Below, piece by piece: positions 19,708 through 29,383 of a stretch of 64,000 nt of DNA (its first letter is position 1; every line of letters starts with the position of its first letter). A model generated the notes under the pieces. It was not told the DNA's origin. It did no database searches and saw only the letters and a list, made by a program, of their open reading frames with translations. The DNA is taken from positions 40,663-104,662 of IMG/VR virus record IMGVR_UViG_3300035703_000036; one strand, given 5' to 3'. This DNA is from a virus. A program made the translations under genes and the position numbers.

Positions 19708-20727
19708 ATGTTACCTACACCAATGATTATTCAAGGTAATTGGCCATTTGGCAAAGACGGCGATTTGATCATTACTTCTGGTAATGTAGTAACTATACAG
19801 GCAGGTTCTATCAAAGACTACCATTCAATTAGAATCGATGCAGGATGTGCTTTAGTTATAGATGGAACAACTTCTACTTTACCAACAATAATTGGATGTA
19901 AAACAACCTGTGTTATCAACGGAGTTATCAGAAATAATTCAGGATATATAGCAGGGACTTTTTCTAAAACAGATCCATTTGGACAAACTTTATCTTACAC
20001 TACAGTACAAAAATTAGGTGGAGATGGAGGATTGCCAGCTTCCGGAGTGGGCGCTACTCCCAATTCAGGTCGAGGCGGTACGGACGGTTCCGGTGGTGGT
20101 GGACGCGGTGGAGATGGATCAGGATGGGCAGGTGCTGGTGGCGCCGGTGGTTACAATGGTAGCGGCGGTATATCAGGTATTTATAATTACTATCCTAGCG
20201 GTAGCAGTGGCGGTGTTTTAGTTGATAATGGAAATCTTACTTTTGGAGACGGAGAAACAACGATATATGGAAATATAGCGGGATCTAAAGGTGGTGGTTC
20301 CGGCGGCGGTGGCGGTGGCGGAAACGGAAGAGGGTATTCAGAAGATCATAACGCCAATGGCGGTGGTGGCGGTGGATATCGAGGCGCTCACGGCGGATGT
20401 CTATATTTGCATTGTTTAAGCAGTATAACTGGCGCAGGCTTAATTGACTGTAGCGGTAAAGTCGGTTTTAAAGGCGGAACAGGAGGCTTTGATGGTGGAC
20501 ATGGTAACTACTTGTCTTATCAGGCTGGAAATAGTGGTGGCGGTGGCGCTGGAGGTTCTGGCGGTAAATTAAAAATTAGATGTAGAACTGCTTTTTCGGT
20601 ATCTTATTCTGTTGCTGGAGCGGCAGGAGGCGTCGGAGGTTTGGCTAACTACGGAGATACAGTTACTTATCCAGGCCAACCGGGACAAACCGGAGATAAT
20701 GGAACTGCAGATATTGTGTTAATATAA
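19708..20727 (+). CDS. Glycine-rich fibre/adhesin protein
   Basis: PFGKDGDL start and many poly-Gly runs; ATG 19708. Confidence 0.7.
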   Translation: MLPTPMIIQGNWPFGKDGDLIITSGNVVTIQAGSIKDYHSIRIDAGCALVIDGTTSTLPTIIGCKTTCVINGVIRNNSGYIAGTFSKTDPFGQTLSYTTVQKLGGDGGLPASGVGATPNSGRGGTDGSGGGGRGGDGSGWAGAGGAGGYNGSGGISGIYNYYPSGSSGGVLVDNGNLTFGDGETTIYGNIAGSKGGGSGGGGGGGNGRGYSEDHNANGGGGGGYRGAHGGCLYLHCLSSITGAGLIDCSGKVGFKGGTGGFDGGHGNYLSYQAGNSGGGGAGGSGGKLKIRCRTAFSVSYSVAGAAGGVGGLANYGDTVTYPGQPGQTGDNGTADIVLI

Positions 20728-20741
20728 TTAAGGAATAATAA

Positions 20742-21143
20742 ATGTATCATTTATTTAATAAGGAAGAATATTTGGGCCATTATGTTATACGTGTAGATTT
20801 ACAAGTGTTTCTAGATACTTACGCTTTAAATCACTCTATTGGTACAGAAAATCTCCATATATATGAAAGCGAATACTTTGATGCTGCAGGAAAAGTTGTT
20901 AAATATTCTACTAAAGAAATATTATTATGTAAAATTGTTGATGAAGATATTTTTATATTAAGAAATGTCTACGATGAACTTAGATCAGATATAACTGAAG
21001 AAGAAAAAAATAATATTTTGGAAAATAAAGCCTGTATTGAAAATGGATTAGATCCAATTCATCCATGGCCAAAAAAAGAATTCAGAGAAATAGGCGGTAA
21101 AGAAGTGGTTTTAGAGACCTATCCGCTAAAGCTTGTTCTGTAA
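20742..21143 (+). CDS. Hypothetical protein, possible fibre assembly chaperone
   Basis: AAGGA SD; acidic; follows the Gly-rich adhesin. Confidence 0.5.
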   Translation: MYHLFNKEEYLGHYVIRVDLQVFLDTYALNHSIGTENLHIYESEYFDAAGKVVKYSTKEILLCKIVDEDIFILRNVYDELRSDITEEEKNNILENKACIENGLDPIHPWPKKEFREIGGKEVVLETYPLKLVL

Positions 21144-21174
21144 TTGAGGCTAGTTATTAATCATATAAAGAAGC

Positions 21175-21182
21175 AATCTTTA
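21175..21182 (+). promoter_or_regulatory. AATCTTTA motif (putative late promoter)
   Basis: Intergenic, upstream of the 21245 fibre gene. Confidence 0.5.
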
Positions 21183-21244
21183 TAGTAACATAGCTCAAAA
21201 TTTGTATGGATAATACTTATAAAAGCTATTTTTGGGAGCTTTAA

Positions 21245-23446
21245 ATGATAAAAATTTTAGGGGTAAGTCAAGTTATACCGGTCAATACTTTGACCGCTTC
21301 GAGTATTATTGATAACGGCAGCCTTATTCTCAAGTCTACAACTGATTCGGTTACCACTGGAGCAAACGCTACTTTAAATAACATATCAACTCCTATTATA
21401 CGAGTAACTAGCAGCTCATTAACAGGGCTAGACATGATACCTGCCGGCGTAGACGGTCAGGAAATAACTCTATCAAACGATACCGGATCTTCTTTAATTG
21501 TAAATAACGATTCAGGAAGTACTCCTGCTAATAGAATTTTTACTGGAGCTGGAACGAGTATTGTTCTTCTTAATAGATCATCTATTAAACTACAGTATAA
21601 TTCAACATCTCAAAGATGGTATGTGATAGGCGGATCTGGAAGCGGGTCAGTCGGAGCAGGCAATCTAGATATTTTGCTTTCTCAACCTTTTGACGGTTCT
21701 TCTTTAGTAGATTTTGTTCAAACAGGATTAGAGCTACTAGACAATCCAAATATTCAAGGAACAAAAACCGCTAGATTAACTCATCAGCCTTCAACGATCC
21801 AGTCTTTTAAGCAAATTAAAAGCGTAGATAATAAATTTCGAGGAAAAAATGTTAATCTAGAATTAGAAGTTAGATCAACAGCTCAATCTGGAAATGTTAC
21901 AATTCAATTTTATGATGAGTCAAATTCTCAAGATATCGGAACTGTTGAGACAGTAACTACAGGGTCAGAATTAATATCGGCTGATACTAACCTTAATAAC
22001 GTATTAACGAACATATCTAGTCTAGATATTTTAAAAATTAAAGTAGGACAGTCTATCACAGGATCTGGTATTCCTGCCGGAACTATTGTGTCAGATGTTG
22101 ACACGATGTCTTTAACTGTTACTATCTCTAAAAATGCTACATCATCTTCTTCTGAAATATTGAGCATCTCAGATATTTCAAGAAAACAAATTTTTTATTT
22201 TGATATTCCATTAAAATGTTCATCTCTTTCATATACTGTAAAAGCTTTAGCTGAAAGTGATTTTCCAGAAACTTATATAGACGATTTAGTTATCCAGCTT
22301 AGTCCGTCTTCTTCATCAGTTACTCCTCCAGTTATTAATAGCGATTTAGGATACATTGATGAATTTGGCAACACTGTAATGCCTTTAAGCCCAATTCTAA
22401 CTTCTATAGTAATTCAGGCTTCTGATTTACAAAACTGGGCTTTGACAGCTGACAATGATGGAAATATTCAGATTGAAACTACGACAAATACAGCAAGTAA
22501 TATTCTTTTTGTTGCTGATAATAGTCAGACTGTGGAAATTGATATTGAAAATGAATCTTTAGTGGTAAATACAGTTACAGGTACAGGAACTTTATATGAC
22601 AACATATACCTGTCCGCTCCAAACGGAATGGTTTTTCGTTTAGCTATAGATTCTAGCTATCAAATAAGCTTAGAAGATTCTGGTACTAATTCATTAAAGA
22701 TACAAGACAAATTAGGTGTAAACTTATTTAAGATACAGCAAACGGTCGATGGGGCTTTAGCATATTTAAAAGCATTTACAGGAAATTTACCAACTCCAGA
22801 AACTGTAACCGGATCTTTGCCGATAGCAATAGATGCTTCGGGATCTGGTAATCCTATTTTAAAACTTTGGAATTCTGTATCTAGTTCTTGGATGACTCTT
22901 ATAACAAAAGAAACAAAAAGCGACGCTTATCCTGTCGGAACAATAATAACTAGTTTTTTAGATTTGCAAACTTTTAGAACAGAGATGAATGATACTGGTA
23001 CTGTTAAAAAATGGAAAATGTTAGACGGATCAAGTGTTGCGACAGATGATCTTAAAACAGTATTAAACTGGAATATACTACCTGATGGTCGCGGTAAGTT
23101 TTTAAGGATGATGGATGACACCACGACTCCTGTAAGTGATTCGGATGTAGAGTCAAGACTTAGACATCAGAGTCAGTACATGGGATCGTACCAAGATGAT
23201 GCTATGCAGGGTCACAGACACTTTTTAGGATCTTCAGACGGTGACAATACAACGTCAGGACAAAACGTAGCAACTGGTTGGACACTTACCGGAGCTGCTG
23301 CTACCGCTAAAAATGTCATAACAGCAAGTATTATTCTTTATGCTAATGATCCTAGAACAGATAACACTAACGGAACACCTAGAACAACTTCTGAAACAAG
23401 ACCTAAAAATATAACTGTAAATTACTTTGTGAAAGTAAACAGATAA
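21245..23446 (+). CDS. Tail fibre protein with C-terminal collar/tip domain
   Basis: YPVGTII..LDGS..LPDGRGKFLR..GSYQDDAMQGHRH..ETRPKNITVNYFVK. Confidence 0.85.
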   Translation: MIKILGVSQVIPVNTLTASSIIDNGSLILKSTTDSVTTGANATLNNISTPIIRVTSSSLTGLDMIPAGVDGQEITLSNDTGSSLIVNNDSGSTPANRIFTGAGTSIVLLNRSSIKLQYNSTSQRWYVIGGSGSGSVGAGNLDILLSQPFDGSSLVDFVQTGLELLDNPNIQGTKTARLTHQPSTIQSFKQIKSVDNKFRGKNVNLELEVRSTAQSGNVTIQFYDESNSQDIGTVETVTTGSELISADTNLNNVLTNISSLDILKIKVGQSITGSGIPAGTIVSDVDTMSLTVTISKNATSSSSEILSISDISRKQIFYFDIPLKCSSLSYTVKALAESDFPETYIDDLVIQLSPSSSSVTPPVINSDLGYIDEFGNTVMPLSPILTSIVIQASDLQNWALTADNDGNIQIETTTNTASNILFVADNSQTVEIDIENESLVVNTVTGTGTLYDNIYLSAPNGMVFRLAIDSSYQISLEDSGTNSLKIQDKLGVNLFKIQQTVDGALAYLKAFTGNLPTPETVTGSLPIAIDASGSGNPILKLWNSVSSSWMTLITKETKSDAYPVGTIITSFLDLQTFRTEMNDTGTVKKWKMLDGSSVATDDLKTVLNWNILPDGRGKFLRMMDDTTTPVSDSDVESRLRHQSQYMGSYQDDAMQGHRHFLGSSDGDNTTSGQNVATGWTLTGAAATAKNVITASIILYANDPRTDNTNGTPRTTSETRPKNITVNYFVKVNR

Positions 23447-23459
23447 CAGAGAGGAAAAA

Positions 23460-26400
23460 ATGACTAAAAAAACCCACTTAACCAAACAAGAAGAAGCTCA
23501 AGTTGAGCATGGATTACAGGTAAGAAGTGATAATCCTTCTTCTCCTTTATCGAACCATATTTGGTATAATAGTAGTGAAAATAAACTATCAATGTTTATA
23601 GGCGGTATTGAAAAAAGAATCAACGTAAGAGTTTTATCTGGAGATCCTTCATCGCCAGTTGAAAACGAAGTGTGGATCAATACTTCTGCAAGTGCTTTAA
23701 AATTTCACAGCGGAGGAGTTACTACTTCTATCAATTTTGGAGCTGGAATAGTAAACACTGATGTTCAAGATAATGGGGAACTTTATCTTTCTATTTTAGA
23801 CGATGCTGAACTTGCTTTAATTGCAGACGTCTCTATGAGAAATCCTAACTTTTTAATTGATTCATTTCAAGCTGTAAAAGAATCTTCTACTTATACAAAC
23901 ACTATTGTTGAAGCTTCTAGATTAGCGTTACCAAGCGCTAGCAATTCTGGTACTTACTCTAGAACAGAAAAAATGTCTAATTTTTCTAACAGTGTTGAAG
24001 GCGTTGCTGTTGTATCGGCGCAAGCTTTTGCTCCACATTTAGTAACTCACAATGGCGGAATAGTAAGTCCTACAAATGAAATGGTAGTTTTTTACGGCGA
24101 TTTAACTTCATATTTTGCTGCTAACAAAAAAATGTTATGCTACGAGCTTTATACAATCGATAGCGTAGATAAGCACTTATATGTTCTTGATTCAGAACAT
24201 AAACCACTAGTACTCACTATCGCTGCGGTTACTTATGATGCGGTTTTAAATAGAACATCAGTAGAAATCAATAGCAGTGGGACTGACTTAACTTTAGGTT
24301 ATGGATCAGCTTTACACTATGCTAAAATTAGATTTATTAATAACAACATTAAAGTAGAAGCTTCTGCGGGAACTACTCTTACTGAATTAGATATTAAAGA
24401 AGCTCACGCTACACGTTATAGACGTTTAATTGGAGAAACTAATCTAACAGATTTAACTTCACAATATGCCGGATCAGTCAATAGTTTTGTCTGTAAGGCT
24501 TCTCCATCTGGACAATATGTTTTTGTAATGGCCGCAGTGGAAAGAACGTCTAATTCAAATACTATTGTAATTTGGTATTCAACAGATTACGGTAAATCTT
24601 TTAAACAAGCCGATAATTTCAGCTCAAATCTAACTGAAGTCGGGGGCGATGAAGCTTACGTTCATTCTAATGCTTTTTTAAGTGAATACTCAAACGCTTA
24701 CATGTCTCCTAGAGGAATAGAGATTAGTGACGATGGTAAGGTTATTTTCACTCACTATATCTATAACGCTTCTGCTTATCCGCAAAATGCTTGTTTTTTT
24801 GCAAAATTAACTTCGCCTACTTTTGATTATAGACCAATAGCTTCTTCTGGATATAAGGGCGGATTCATTCAAAGAGGCGCTACTTGGTACGGAAACAGCT
24901 GCGCTTTAGCTATGGATTTTTCTAACAATATTTTAGCCGCAGTATTCAGTCAAAATGGTGATGGATACGTGAATTTTTATTCAATAAACTGGACAAATAT
25001 GTCTAGCTCTTATGGATCAAACGCCGCAATTGGAGGATCTACTGCGGGCGCTCAATATCCTATTGTAACTTTTTGGAAAACTTATGAGGGTGAACAGCAA
25101 TTGTTTATCGCTCTTACAAACAGCTCCAACGCTTATAATTATGCTTGGTCTATTAGATACAGTGAAGTTGCTGCTGGTATGGCGGCTTCAACTACCGTTA
25201 CGGCTAGAGGAGCTTTTGCTACTTCTCCTACATCTGGAAGAAATACAGACAGCACTTTTACACATTTGATTACTTCATCAGGATCTTTTGTTGATTGGTG
25301 TTTTAGTGATGATGGTAACGAGCTACTTATCTACAAGCACGATACGGACGGAGAACAGTATCTAATTACTTTAAATTTTGGAGTAACAAGTGCTACTACT
25401 TTCTTATACCACGGAAACCCTAGTAACTATAAATACAATACAGTCGGATCTTTAATTAGATTAGACGCCGCAGCTTTGATTGCTACCGATTATGACGGAA
25501 ACCCTGTTTCTACAGATCTAGCATATCTTAGAAGATATTCTAGCCAGAGAATGATCGCAAAAGGAAACACTATCCATGTTAACGTTCCTTTAAGAAAGAC
25601 AGTGGGAGCTACTTATACTTCTGCTCTTTCAACTTATATGAAAATACCAGACTATAAACAATTGCTTGGTCTTCATTATGTTAACGTTCCTGGCGCTCAA
25701 TCAAACGTATCTCTGAACTTACCGGCTGATGCTGCTGGTAACGGTACACGTTTTTATCAATCTGTTACTATCCCGACTTCTTCTAACTATCCTACAGCAA
25801 ACAACTATTCTACTTTTTATACTTCTGGCTTGGTTCCAATTAGAACTATTGCTTTATTGATGGGTAAAAACTATGCTACTAAATCAGCTTATAAAGTAAA
25901 TGGTAAAATTTCTGTAAAATTATACGGAGCAAATGGGGACGGTACGATTAATTTATCTAGCGTTTTAGCTACTTCTAAAAATGCTTGGATTGTAAACAAC
26001 CTTACTCAATATGCTGAAAATAACTGGTTTGAGTTTGTTTTTGATAACGTTCAATTAGCACCAGGTACAACTTTCTATATCGGAGTAGAGCCTGATTGGG
26101 ATATGAGTAAAGCCGCTAACTATAACCCAACCGGATTAGCTTTGACAACAAGAGGATTTGTAACTATTGGAGCAAGAGCCGGTACAGGATTTCCTAGATG
26201 TTATAGAGGATTAGATAATGATACGTTAGCCAACATATCATTAGCTAACTTTGAATTATGGTATAGAATTTTTGACTTCTTTAAATGTCCAGTTGGAACT
26301 ATGCAAGATAACCAATACTGGTATACAGCTTCAGACTGTAACGCTGATTATTTTGGAGCGGATTCAGAATCTACTATTGCTTGGTATAATAAAACAAGTA

Positions 26401-27605
26401 GTGAAATGACTGTCACTTATAAAAATGGCGCAGCTACACAGGCTATCAACAATGCTAATTACGGCACTGGTATGGATAGAACTTGGTACGGTAAAATTAC
26501 AGACTCTTTAGGAGCTAATTTTATGCCTGTCTTCTCAGCGCCTTCTGTGCTTGGTGTTGCTGATTCTCATGAAAAATCAATGCTATTTGCTGTAGCTTTA
26601 GGTTCAGATGATTCTAGAACTATTGACCCTAGAACAGGAGTTGCGGATAGTTCTAAATACAATTACAGAGCTATCGGTGGTATTCCGATTGATCCAGCTT
26701 CTAATACTAACTTGTCTAAAGCTATTACCGCATCTGGATTGACTTATGGGGTAACGGATGATTCTGATTTTATTCAAGGAAAATGTTTATCATTTAAAGG
26801 TAATACCTATCTTTATTATGACCAATACACACGTTTTTTAAGAATGTTAGGAAGTCGTGACTTTGTTGTTCAAGCAGAAATAAAGCCTGATAGTACTGAT
26901 TTAGATTTAGCTTACCATTATATTTTTGGTATGGAAGGTTTTGCTAGATTAAGTATATATCAAAATAAGCTAACTGCTCTTATCTGGGATAACGTAGGAA
27001 CAACTTACACATATCAATCGTCAGAATTAATGACTACAGCTTATAGAGTTGTAAGATTAAGTAAATCTAGTACTAGCGGTATTAAGTTAAGCTATAGTTT
27101 TGATAGAGTTAACTTTTTTGATTTAACCTTAACCGGATCAAACCCTTCAGAATTTTCTGGAGGAAGAACAGTCGGATATGCTGCGACTTCTTGGAGTTAC
27201 CTGTATATTGGTTCGCACACTTCAGCTTTACCTTTTTATGGTAAAATCGGAGAATTTAGAATTTATTATAATACAGCTACTCCTCCTTCAACTTCTCTTA
27301 CTAAGTTGAATTACGATTTACATCTACCAAGATTGAACGTTATCAATGGCGGAATTAGAATTTGCGCATTAACAGCTAATCATCATAATGCAACTAGTTA
27401 TAGAGAGAATTCTGCTAGAATGACTTTTTTACCTATTAATCATGGAAATTTAAATTCTATCGTTGCTACTAATGATCAGTTATTTAAATTTAACGAACCG
27501 GTAAACGAAGGCCAGAACGCTAAATTACAGATAACTATGGAAAGAGTTAGCAATAAAGATCCTAACAATGTTCAAGGTATCCTCGTCAATTATTTGAAAA
27601 AATAA
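23460..27605 (+). CDS. Large receptor-binding protein (Asp-box propeller plus LamG/ConA-like domain)
   Basis: Two N-terminal PSSP..WYN repeats; WYSTDYGKSF Asp-box; DFVVQAEIKP..LYIG..FYGKIGEFRIY. Confidence 0.7.
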   Translation: MTKKTHLTKQEEAQVEHGLQVRSDNPSSPLSNHIWYNSSENKLSMFIGGIEKRINVRVLSGDPSSPVENEVWINTSASALKFHSGGVTTSINFGAGIVNTDVQDNGELYLSILDDAELALIADVSMRNPNFLIDSFQAVKESSTYTNTIVEASRLALPSASNSGTYSRTEKMSNFSNSVEGVAVVSAQAFAPHLVTHNGGIVSPTNEMVVFYGDLTSYFAANKKMLCYELYTIDSVDKHLYVLDSEHKPLVLTIAAVTYDAVLNRTSVEINSSGTDLTLGYGSALHYAKIRFINNNIKVEASAGTTLTELDIKEAHATRYRRLIGETNLTDLTSQYAGSVNSFVCKASPSGQYVFVMAAVERTSNSNTIVIWYSTDYGKSFKQADNFSSNLTEVGGDEAYVHSNAFLSEYSNAYMSPRGIEISDDGKVIFTHYIYNASAYPQNACFFAKLTSPTFDYRPIASSGYKGGFIQRGATWYGNSCALAMDFSNNILAAVFSQNGDGYVNFYSINWTNMSSSYGSNAAIGGSTAGAQYPIVTFWKTYEGEQQLFIALTNSSNAYNYAWSIRYSEVAAGMAASTTVTARGAFATSPTSGRNTDSTFTHLITSSGSFVDWCFSDDGNELLIYKHDTDGEQYLITLNFGVTSATTFLYHGNPSNYKYNTVGSLIRLDAAALIATDYDGNPVSTDLAYLRRYSSQRMIAKGNTIHVNVPLRKTVGATYTSALSTYMKIPDYKQLLGLHYVNVPGAQSNVSLNLPADAAGNGTRFYQSVTIPTSSNYPTANNYSTFYTSGLVPIRTIALLMGKNYATKSAYKVNGKISVKLYGANGDGTINLSSVLATSKNAWIVNNLTQYAENNWFEFVFDNVQLAPGTTFYIGVEPDWDMSKAANYNPTGLALTTRGFVTIGARAGTGFPRCYRGLDNDTLANISLANFELWYRIFDFFKCPVGTMQDNQYWYTASDCNADYFGADSESTIAWYNKTSSEMTVTYKNGAATQAINNANYGTGMDRTWYGKITDSLGANFMPVFSAPSVLGVADSHEKSMLFAVALGSDDSRTIDPRTGVADSSKYNYRAIGGIPIDPASNTNLSKAITASGLTYGVTDDSDFIQGKCLSFKGNTYLYYDQYTRFLRMLGSRDFVVQAEIKPDSTDLDLAYHYIFGMEGFARLSIYQNKLTALIWDNVGTTYTYQSSELMTTAYRVVRLSKSSTSGIKLSYSFDRVNFFDLTLTGSNPSEFSGGRTVGYAATSWSYLYIGSHTSALPFYGKIGEFRIYYNTATPPSTSLTKLNYDLHLPRLNVINGGIRICALTANHHNATSYRENSARMTFLPINHGNLNSIVATNDQLFKFNEPVNEGQNAKLQITMERVSNKDPNNVQGILVNYLKK

Positions 27606-27609
27606 ATTT

Positions 27610-27647
27610 TAAACGCCAAGATAAGTGAATAACTGTCTTGGCGTTTA
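27610..27647. terminator. 12-bp stem hairpin after the RBP gene (terminator or processing site)
   Basis: TAAACGCCAAGA-N14-TCTTGGCGTTTA. Confidence 0.5.
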
Positions 27648-27657
27648 CCTATCTACA

Positions 27658-28374
27658 ATGAATATAGATCAGTGGTTTAACCCTACACACGGACTTGAGC
27701 TAGAGCCTGATATTAATTTTGGCTCTAGAAATAACGAAAATGGAATACTGTTCTATTGTGTTTATATCATTTTATTAAAAGAAAGAAGAGAGCTATCGGT
27801 AGACGAAATTAATAGACTGGTATTTCTTTTAGAAGATCTTGAATCCTACGATAAAAACGGAAATAGAATAAGAGGATTGTACGATCGAGGAGCTAGGGAA
27901 TCTTTAACAATTCCTTACGACAAAAGAAGAACAATCTCTCACGATAATATCACAGCTATCTCATCTTTATCCCCAGATCATGCTAAAGATATTTACAAGT
28001 ATGGTTTAAAGCATTTCTTTATATACAATAACTGCAAGCCAAGATTGAGGGCTCCAATGAACCCTTCAAATTGGTCTATCTGGTCATACAATGGCGGATC
28101 TAAGTTTTTTTGGATGTTATTCGCATGGATATATGTCATTAACATGCTCATATCTTGTAATAAATCTCCAAAAGAAACTTCTTCAAAGCAGCTTTATTTT
28201 GTAGAATTATACAACGTAAAAGAAAGTAACTTATTTTGGAAATTGTGCTGGAAATATTACAAAAGAAAAATGACTAAACAATATGGTGAATTTTGGCTTC
28301 ATGAAATAGCTAAAATATACTATCAACATCCGGAACATCCTAATCGTATCCTGTCTGAAGGAATGAGGTTTTAA
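27658..28374 (+). CDS. Hypothetical helical protein (SHDN motif) preceding the holin
   Basis: ATG 27658; NENGILF, GLYDR, SHDNITA, HPEHP; no known lysin motif recognised. Confidence 0.65.
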   Translation: MNIDQWFNPTHGLELEPDINFGSRNNENGILFYCVYIILLKERRELSVDEINRLVFLLEDLESYDKNGNRIRGLYDRGARESLTIPYDKRRTISHDNITAISSLSPDHAKDIYKYGLKHFFIYNNCKPRLRAPMNPSNWSIWSYNGGSKFFWMLFAWIYVINMLISCNKSPKETSSKQLYFVELYNVKESNLFWKLCWKYYKRKMTKQYGEFWLHEIAKIYYQHPEHPNRILSEGMRF

Positions 28375-28662
28375 ATGCAAGAATGGTGGAAAGAATTTGT
28401 TAATAAACTGAACGAAAAAGGAATTCCTTTGCCTACTCTTAAAGATCCTCAAACTGGAAAAGGGTCAGTCACTCTAACTCTAGTTTTTATATCGGCTAAT
28501 ATTGTCATAGTAGCTCTTTTAAATTCTTTTGCAAAGGTTTTTAAAGGCGTAGATACCGATAACGCTATTCAGTTCTTTTTAATATGCTTAGGCGGATATT
28601 TAGGTCGTAAATTTCAAACAAAAAATGGAAGCTCTATAGAGCCTCCATCAGATAAGAACTAA
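28375..28662 (+). CDS. Holin-like two-TM membrane protein
   Basis: Two hydrophobic segments, charged C-terminus, last gene of the late block. Confidence 0.55.
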   Translation: MQEWWKEFVNKLNEKGIPLPTLKDPQTGKGSVTLTLVFISANIVIVALLNSFAKVFKGVDTDNAIQFFLICLGGYLGRKFQTKNGSSIEPPSDKN

Positions 28663-28698
28663 AATTCAAAACTTATCATTACGCACTTGTTAATAGGA

Positions 28699-28869
28699 TT
28701 AACGGAAAGGGATCGGCTTATCGGAAACTCTCCCTAATCGCTCTTGACGAGCCCTCACTTTTTCTAGGCAAGATTCTTTTTCAGATCCGATCTTACTGTC
28801 GCATGATAAATTAGATGAACTAGAGCATCCAAAAGTCATCACGGTAACCAATAATAAAATAAATTTCAT
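28699..28869 (-). CDS. Small lipoprotein (56 aa, MKFILLLVTVMTFG-CSSSSNLSCDSKIGSEKESCLEK...)
   Basis: Manual translation, below ORF-track cutoff; lipobox TFGC; starts 1 nt after upstream stop. Confidence 0.7.
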   Translation of the reverse strand: MKFILLLVTVMTFGCSSSSNLSCDSKIGSEKESCLEKVRARQERLGRVSDKPIPFR

Positions 28870-28870
28870 A

Positions 28871-29110
28871 CTATTCTTCCTCTTCTTTATTCGATTCTTT
28901 TTTATCTAGCTTGGCTAATTCCAAGTAAACTCTATTCAAAACGTGTTCTGGCTCTAGATAAAATTCATCTTTCCATCCATCGCCTGTGCTTTTATTTTTT
29001 ACAAAACCAAAATTGCTAAGTATTTGACCAAATCTTAGATCTGGATTATTCTCTATCAGATCATACAGTATTACCATTAGCTCCCTATTTGCGTTCTGCC
29101 TATCACTCAT
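28871..29110 (-). CDS. Small protein with PDLRFGQ motif (YihD/DUF1040-like)
   Basis: NPDLRFGQIL; ATG 29110 overlapping upstream gene end. Confidence 0.55.
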   Translation of the reverse strand: MSDRQNANRELMVILYDLIENNPDLRFGQILSNFGFVKNKSTGDGWKDEFYLEPEHVLNRVYLELAKLDKKESNKEEEE

Positions 29111-29375
29111 CCTCATGCTCCAGATCTTCTTCCGCGTCGTAATCAAAATCCACTACACCTTTTTGTCTTAGCAAGATATTATCAAGCTCATCTTTCATAC
29201 TGTCTTCGCTTATTGCCTCGTACATATCGGCCGGAACAATATCAATTAAACAATTATCCTCAAAAGTAAATACTACATTAGTAGTCTGAATAGTGTCGTC
29301 TTCCCCTATTTCGTATTCGATATTAGCGGCGTCCAACATTCTTTCTAAAGTTTTCATGTCATTTTTAGCAGCCAT
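29103..29375 (-). CDS. Acidic hypothetical protein
   Basis: GAGGAG SD; very D/E-rich. Confidence 0.7.
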   Translation of the reverse strand: MAAKNDMKTLERMLDAANIEYEIGEDDTIQTTNVVFTFEDNCLIDIVPADMYEAISEDSMKDELDNILLRQKGVVDFDYDAEEDLEHEDE

Positions 29376-29383
29376 AATTCCTC

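Noticed and set aside
20018-20700. GC-rich GGN repeats as a foreign element or G-quadruplex array
   Set aside because: Explained by poly-glycine coding of the adhesin
23562-26390. TGGTATAAT on the + strand inside the RBP gene (two copies)
   Set aside because: Both encode Trp-Tyr-Asn mid-gene, far from any start codon
12383-27605. Diversity-generating retroelement or invertible fibre cassette
   Set aside because: No reverse transcriptase, invertase or adenine-specific TR/VR pair seen; repeated domains differ mainly at synonymous sites and lie in frame
28663-28870. Structured ncRNA in an apparent 200-bp gap
   Set aside because: The gap is filled by a 56-aa lipoprotein ORF on the minus strand
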